Positions 61,104 through 63,796 of a stretch of 63,796 bases of DNA are shown here, one piece after another. The DNA comes from Asterionella formosa (lineage: Eukaryota). Location: positions 1-63,796 of the forward strand of contig NKIB01013142.1 of NCBI GenBank assembly GCA_002256025.1, written 5' to 3'. The notes beneath the pieces were generated by a model that worked only from the letters and a program-made list of their open reading frames with translations, searched no databases and was not told where the DNA came from. The translations under genes were made by a program, and so were the position numbers. How positions within the stretch are numbered: position 1 is the stretch's first letter; each line of letters opens with the position of its first letter.

Positions 61104-63002
61104 ATGATGATACTTCATCAAGCTGCCATTTTCCTCGTTGCTGTGGCCAATGCGGTCACTGCCGAGAGGTATACCAACTACAACGTAGGGGGTAGTAATC
61201 CCAACTTGGACAACCCGATGTATTGGAGCGATGCTGTCAACGTGCTTCAAGATTTGAAGCAATTCCAAGCGCTGTACATCAAGTTTCATAGTTGTGTGTA
61301 CGTTACGTTATCCACTGTTCTACTAGCAATGCTGAACATTGGTGCTCCTCACTAACTCATCCATCGCTCTTTGTGTTCCCACAGTTGGAGTCCCTATGCC
61401 TCTGGATCCTCCAGCTATGCTTGTACAGATGGCAGTGCTGCCGGAGATGATCATTTCTGGTACATTGGCAGTACCCCTTGTTACCGTGCCAATGCTGCCT
61501 TTACCTTGTATGGAGTGTTACTTCCAACTGAAGAAGAAGAAGAAGAGACTCGCCACTTGAAACGACGCAAGGCTCACATGTGCAACAAGGCAACCTACAT
61601 TAATTCCTTCTTCACTACCTACGGTGCCATGACCATCTCCAACGCACTTGGACTAGACTACGATGCCTATGCCACTGTCGCCTGCTCGTATGTTCAAGGC
61701 AGTAACAATAACAACAAAGACAATAAGGACAACCAAGGAGGAGGTGGTGGAAGGGATCAAGGAGGTGGTGACAAATACAGTAACTACATGAGCTACACAA
61801 CCGGATGTGAATCGGGCAAGTTTGTGTACAGTGCTTTTCATGGAAAGTATTGCGATGGCAACAGGTACAACGGAACCATTGATTATTTGGAGACCTACAA
61901 TGCCGAAATGGAAGACATTTCGTGTGCTCAAATTTGGGATTATGATGTCTCGGTTGGCAGCAACCGTGAGCGACGTGACCTTGGATACGGATCGTTGGCA
62001 GAAACGATTTTGTACTATAGCAAGGCCTGTTCAACCGCTGAATATCCTGGAGTGTGTCCTGATCCATTTGGTATCAATACGCAATACTCGAATTTGCTGT
62101 CCGCTAAAGTCGCAGCTCCATACCATTCCAAAGCTCAGCGTCGGTTGGGGTGGTACACCTTGTCCTTTGCCTTGACAGGGATTGCCTTGATCGGACTATC
62201 GGTGGCGAATCTCATCAGAAAGAAGAGACTTGCGACACGAACCAACGACGCATTGTCGCAAGATGGCATTCTTTCCTATAAGCAACAGGACTATCCTGCT
62301 ATCATTGTCAAGGCAAGCTCCAATGTGTCTACCACCAAATCTGTTGCATCAACCGCCAAATCTGTTGCATCGTCCTTGAAATCACTCGTTGCCAAAAAGG
62401 ACAATGCACCAGAAACTGTGGAGACGCCTTGTGACGATTACCCAAATCGGTACCAACATCATTTGGACTCTTCGACTGTGGCATCACCATCTACCTTGTG
62501 GTCTACAGCGAATGTCACGACTATGGACCCAGTGCAGCAATCTCCTGATGCATCAGAAGTGCCAGCAAGCCATGGTTCCTCTACTACGAATCCACCAATC
62601 GTATCAGCCATTTCACAGGAAAGTGTAGCTTTCAAGAAAGATGTGGCAGCAGAATCTAATCAGCATCAGGGGGACAATGTGAGTGTGAAATCCGCATCTA
62701 CATTATCCTTGGCAGGCAGTAAAGTTTCCATAGACCAGATCGAGCAATCTCGTGTAGGATCCAACTTGCCAGAACCACCAAGCTCTGCTAACTCCATGGC
62801 ATATCAACCACCCACTGAGACAGCCATCTTAGAGCAGACCTCCTCATTGGCTTCCAAAAAGGACTTGGCAGAAGCATTCAGTATGCCTTGGGATGAGAAA
62901 CCAAACAGGTATCAAGGTCAGCTGGCATCGGCATCCACTCTATCCTCAGTGGCCAGTACTGATCCCATAGACCCAGTGGAGCAATCTCGTCTTGCACGTT
63001 AA
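61104..63002 (+). CDS. Type I membrane protein with a Cys- and N/Q/G-rich luminal domain, RxL motifs and a repetitive Ser-rich tail (silicanin-like architecture), ~603 aa, 2 exons
   Basis: Signal peptide MMILHQAAIFLVAVANAVTA. Exons 61104-61297 and 61385-63002 give LYIKFHSCVWS. More than 10 Cys; RHL and RDL motifs; single TM WYTLSFALTGIALIGLSVANLI followed by RKKR. Confidence 0.8.
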
Positions 63003-63311
63003 TCTGACATTGACATAGTTTTTTTATACGGTAGTCACCAGCAATGGATGGACCTTGCTGGTAGAACAATTTCGTTACACGTTACGACTACCGGCAGTTG
63101 TGTCGCAGAACCTCTCAGATGAAGTAATACTACAATGGGATGTGGTATGGCTACACTGGCACAGGTATAGCTACTTGTTAATTTTAACCCGAAGAAAGGG
63201 ATGATATTATGGATACATACCATGTTCATCATATGTGTATGTGCATTCTTATCAAGTATGTACCAGTATACCGGTATATGTACTCCAATAATAGTACTTG
63301 CCGGTAGCCTA

Positions 63312-63796
63312 CGAGGTACCACTTAAAAACTGTAAGCCACCGCTACGGCGACTTTTGAACTGTAAGCCACCGCTAAACGGAGTAAACGCACGGTTTGAAC
63401 TTAGTTTACAAGATACGCTATTTATTGTCACGAACGAGTTGTTCAGATTTATATAGCGAGTAAATACTTCCGTACTTGTATTGTTGCATTGTGTACATTG
63501 TTAATTAGGTATTATCGCCCAAAGGTTGCTGTCGACGTGAAATTGCGAAAATTGGATATTTTCACGTTTACTCGATTGAGCAAGCATCACCTTTTATATA
63601 CGTATTCAGGTATGAGAATATTCCTCCTCTGGAAAACTAATTTAGTATCCTCTAAAATTTATTTAATATGACTACGACGGCATTGCGCTTTCGCTCGTGC
63701 GCCATAATAAAGAGATAATTTCATTAATGGAAAACGTCAAATAGGAATTCCTGGTGCGCCCGAATTATGAGTACAAAAATTAAATGCAAACACACA
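63312..63796. mobile_element. Probable left end of a Tc1/mariner-type element running off the window
   Basis: TA|CGAGGTACCACTTAAAAA resembles mariner TIR starts. It is followed by an 18-bp direct repeat AACTGTAAGCCACCGCTA at 63328 and 63358. The other end and any transposase are not visible. Confidence 0.45.

Noticed and set aside
13107..62628. Numerous short ORFs antisense or out of frame within the long genes
   Set aside because: They are shadow ORFs of real coding sequence, often with GTG/TTG starts not expected in a eukaryote, and have no motifs of their own.
12564..63002. Split ORFs (CSN2, TOR, FabD, GPCR, LRR and others) as frameshifted pseudogenes
   Set aside because: Each break has GT..AG boundaries that restore the frame and, where known, the conserved motifs.
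44765..63375. Direct repeats (45 bp, 18 bp) as CRISPR-like arrays
   Set aside because: Only two units each, no spacer series, no cas genes, and a eukaryotic context.

Overview
Eukaryotic nuclear DNA, most likely from a diatom. Support: short GT-AG introns that restore frames, bipartite plastid-targeting peptides with Phe at the cleavage site, a CoDi-type copia relic and RxL-motif secretory proteins. The first ~9.6 kb is transposon debris: a frameshifted Plavaka-like transposase facing a broken ORF with Ulp1-like protease motifs, then an internally deleted Ty1/copia element. The rest holds 15 intact protein genes: a PRDA1-like plastid protein, a Gly-repeat protein, an atypical importin-alpha, CSN2, a class C GPCR, a nitrate reductase-like protein, a secreted Cys-repeat protein, ATP10, BASS, a 5'-nucleotidase/EF-hand fusion, FabD, TOR, a histidine phosphatase-GNAT fusion, a myristoylated LRR protein and a silicanin-like type I membrane protein. 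They are separated by CpG-depleted spacers, a TA-flanked MITE and clusters of a GGTACC/TACC(A/T)GGTA palindromic motif. The most striking item is the intact nitrate reductase paralog whose Mo-ligating Cys is Ser while its heme/FAD/NADH chain is conserved. All family assignments are from motif recognition by eye; no database searches were run.
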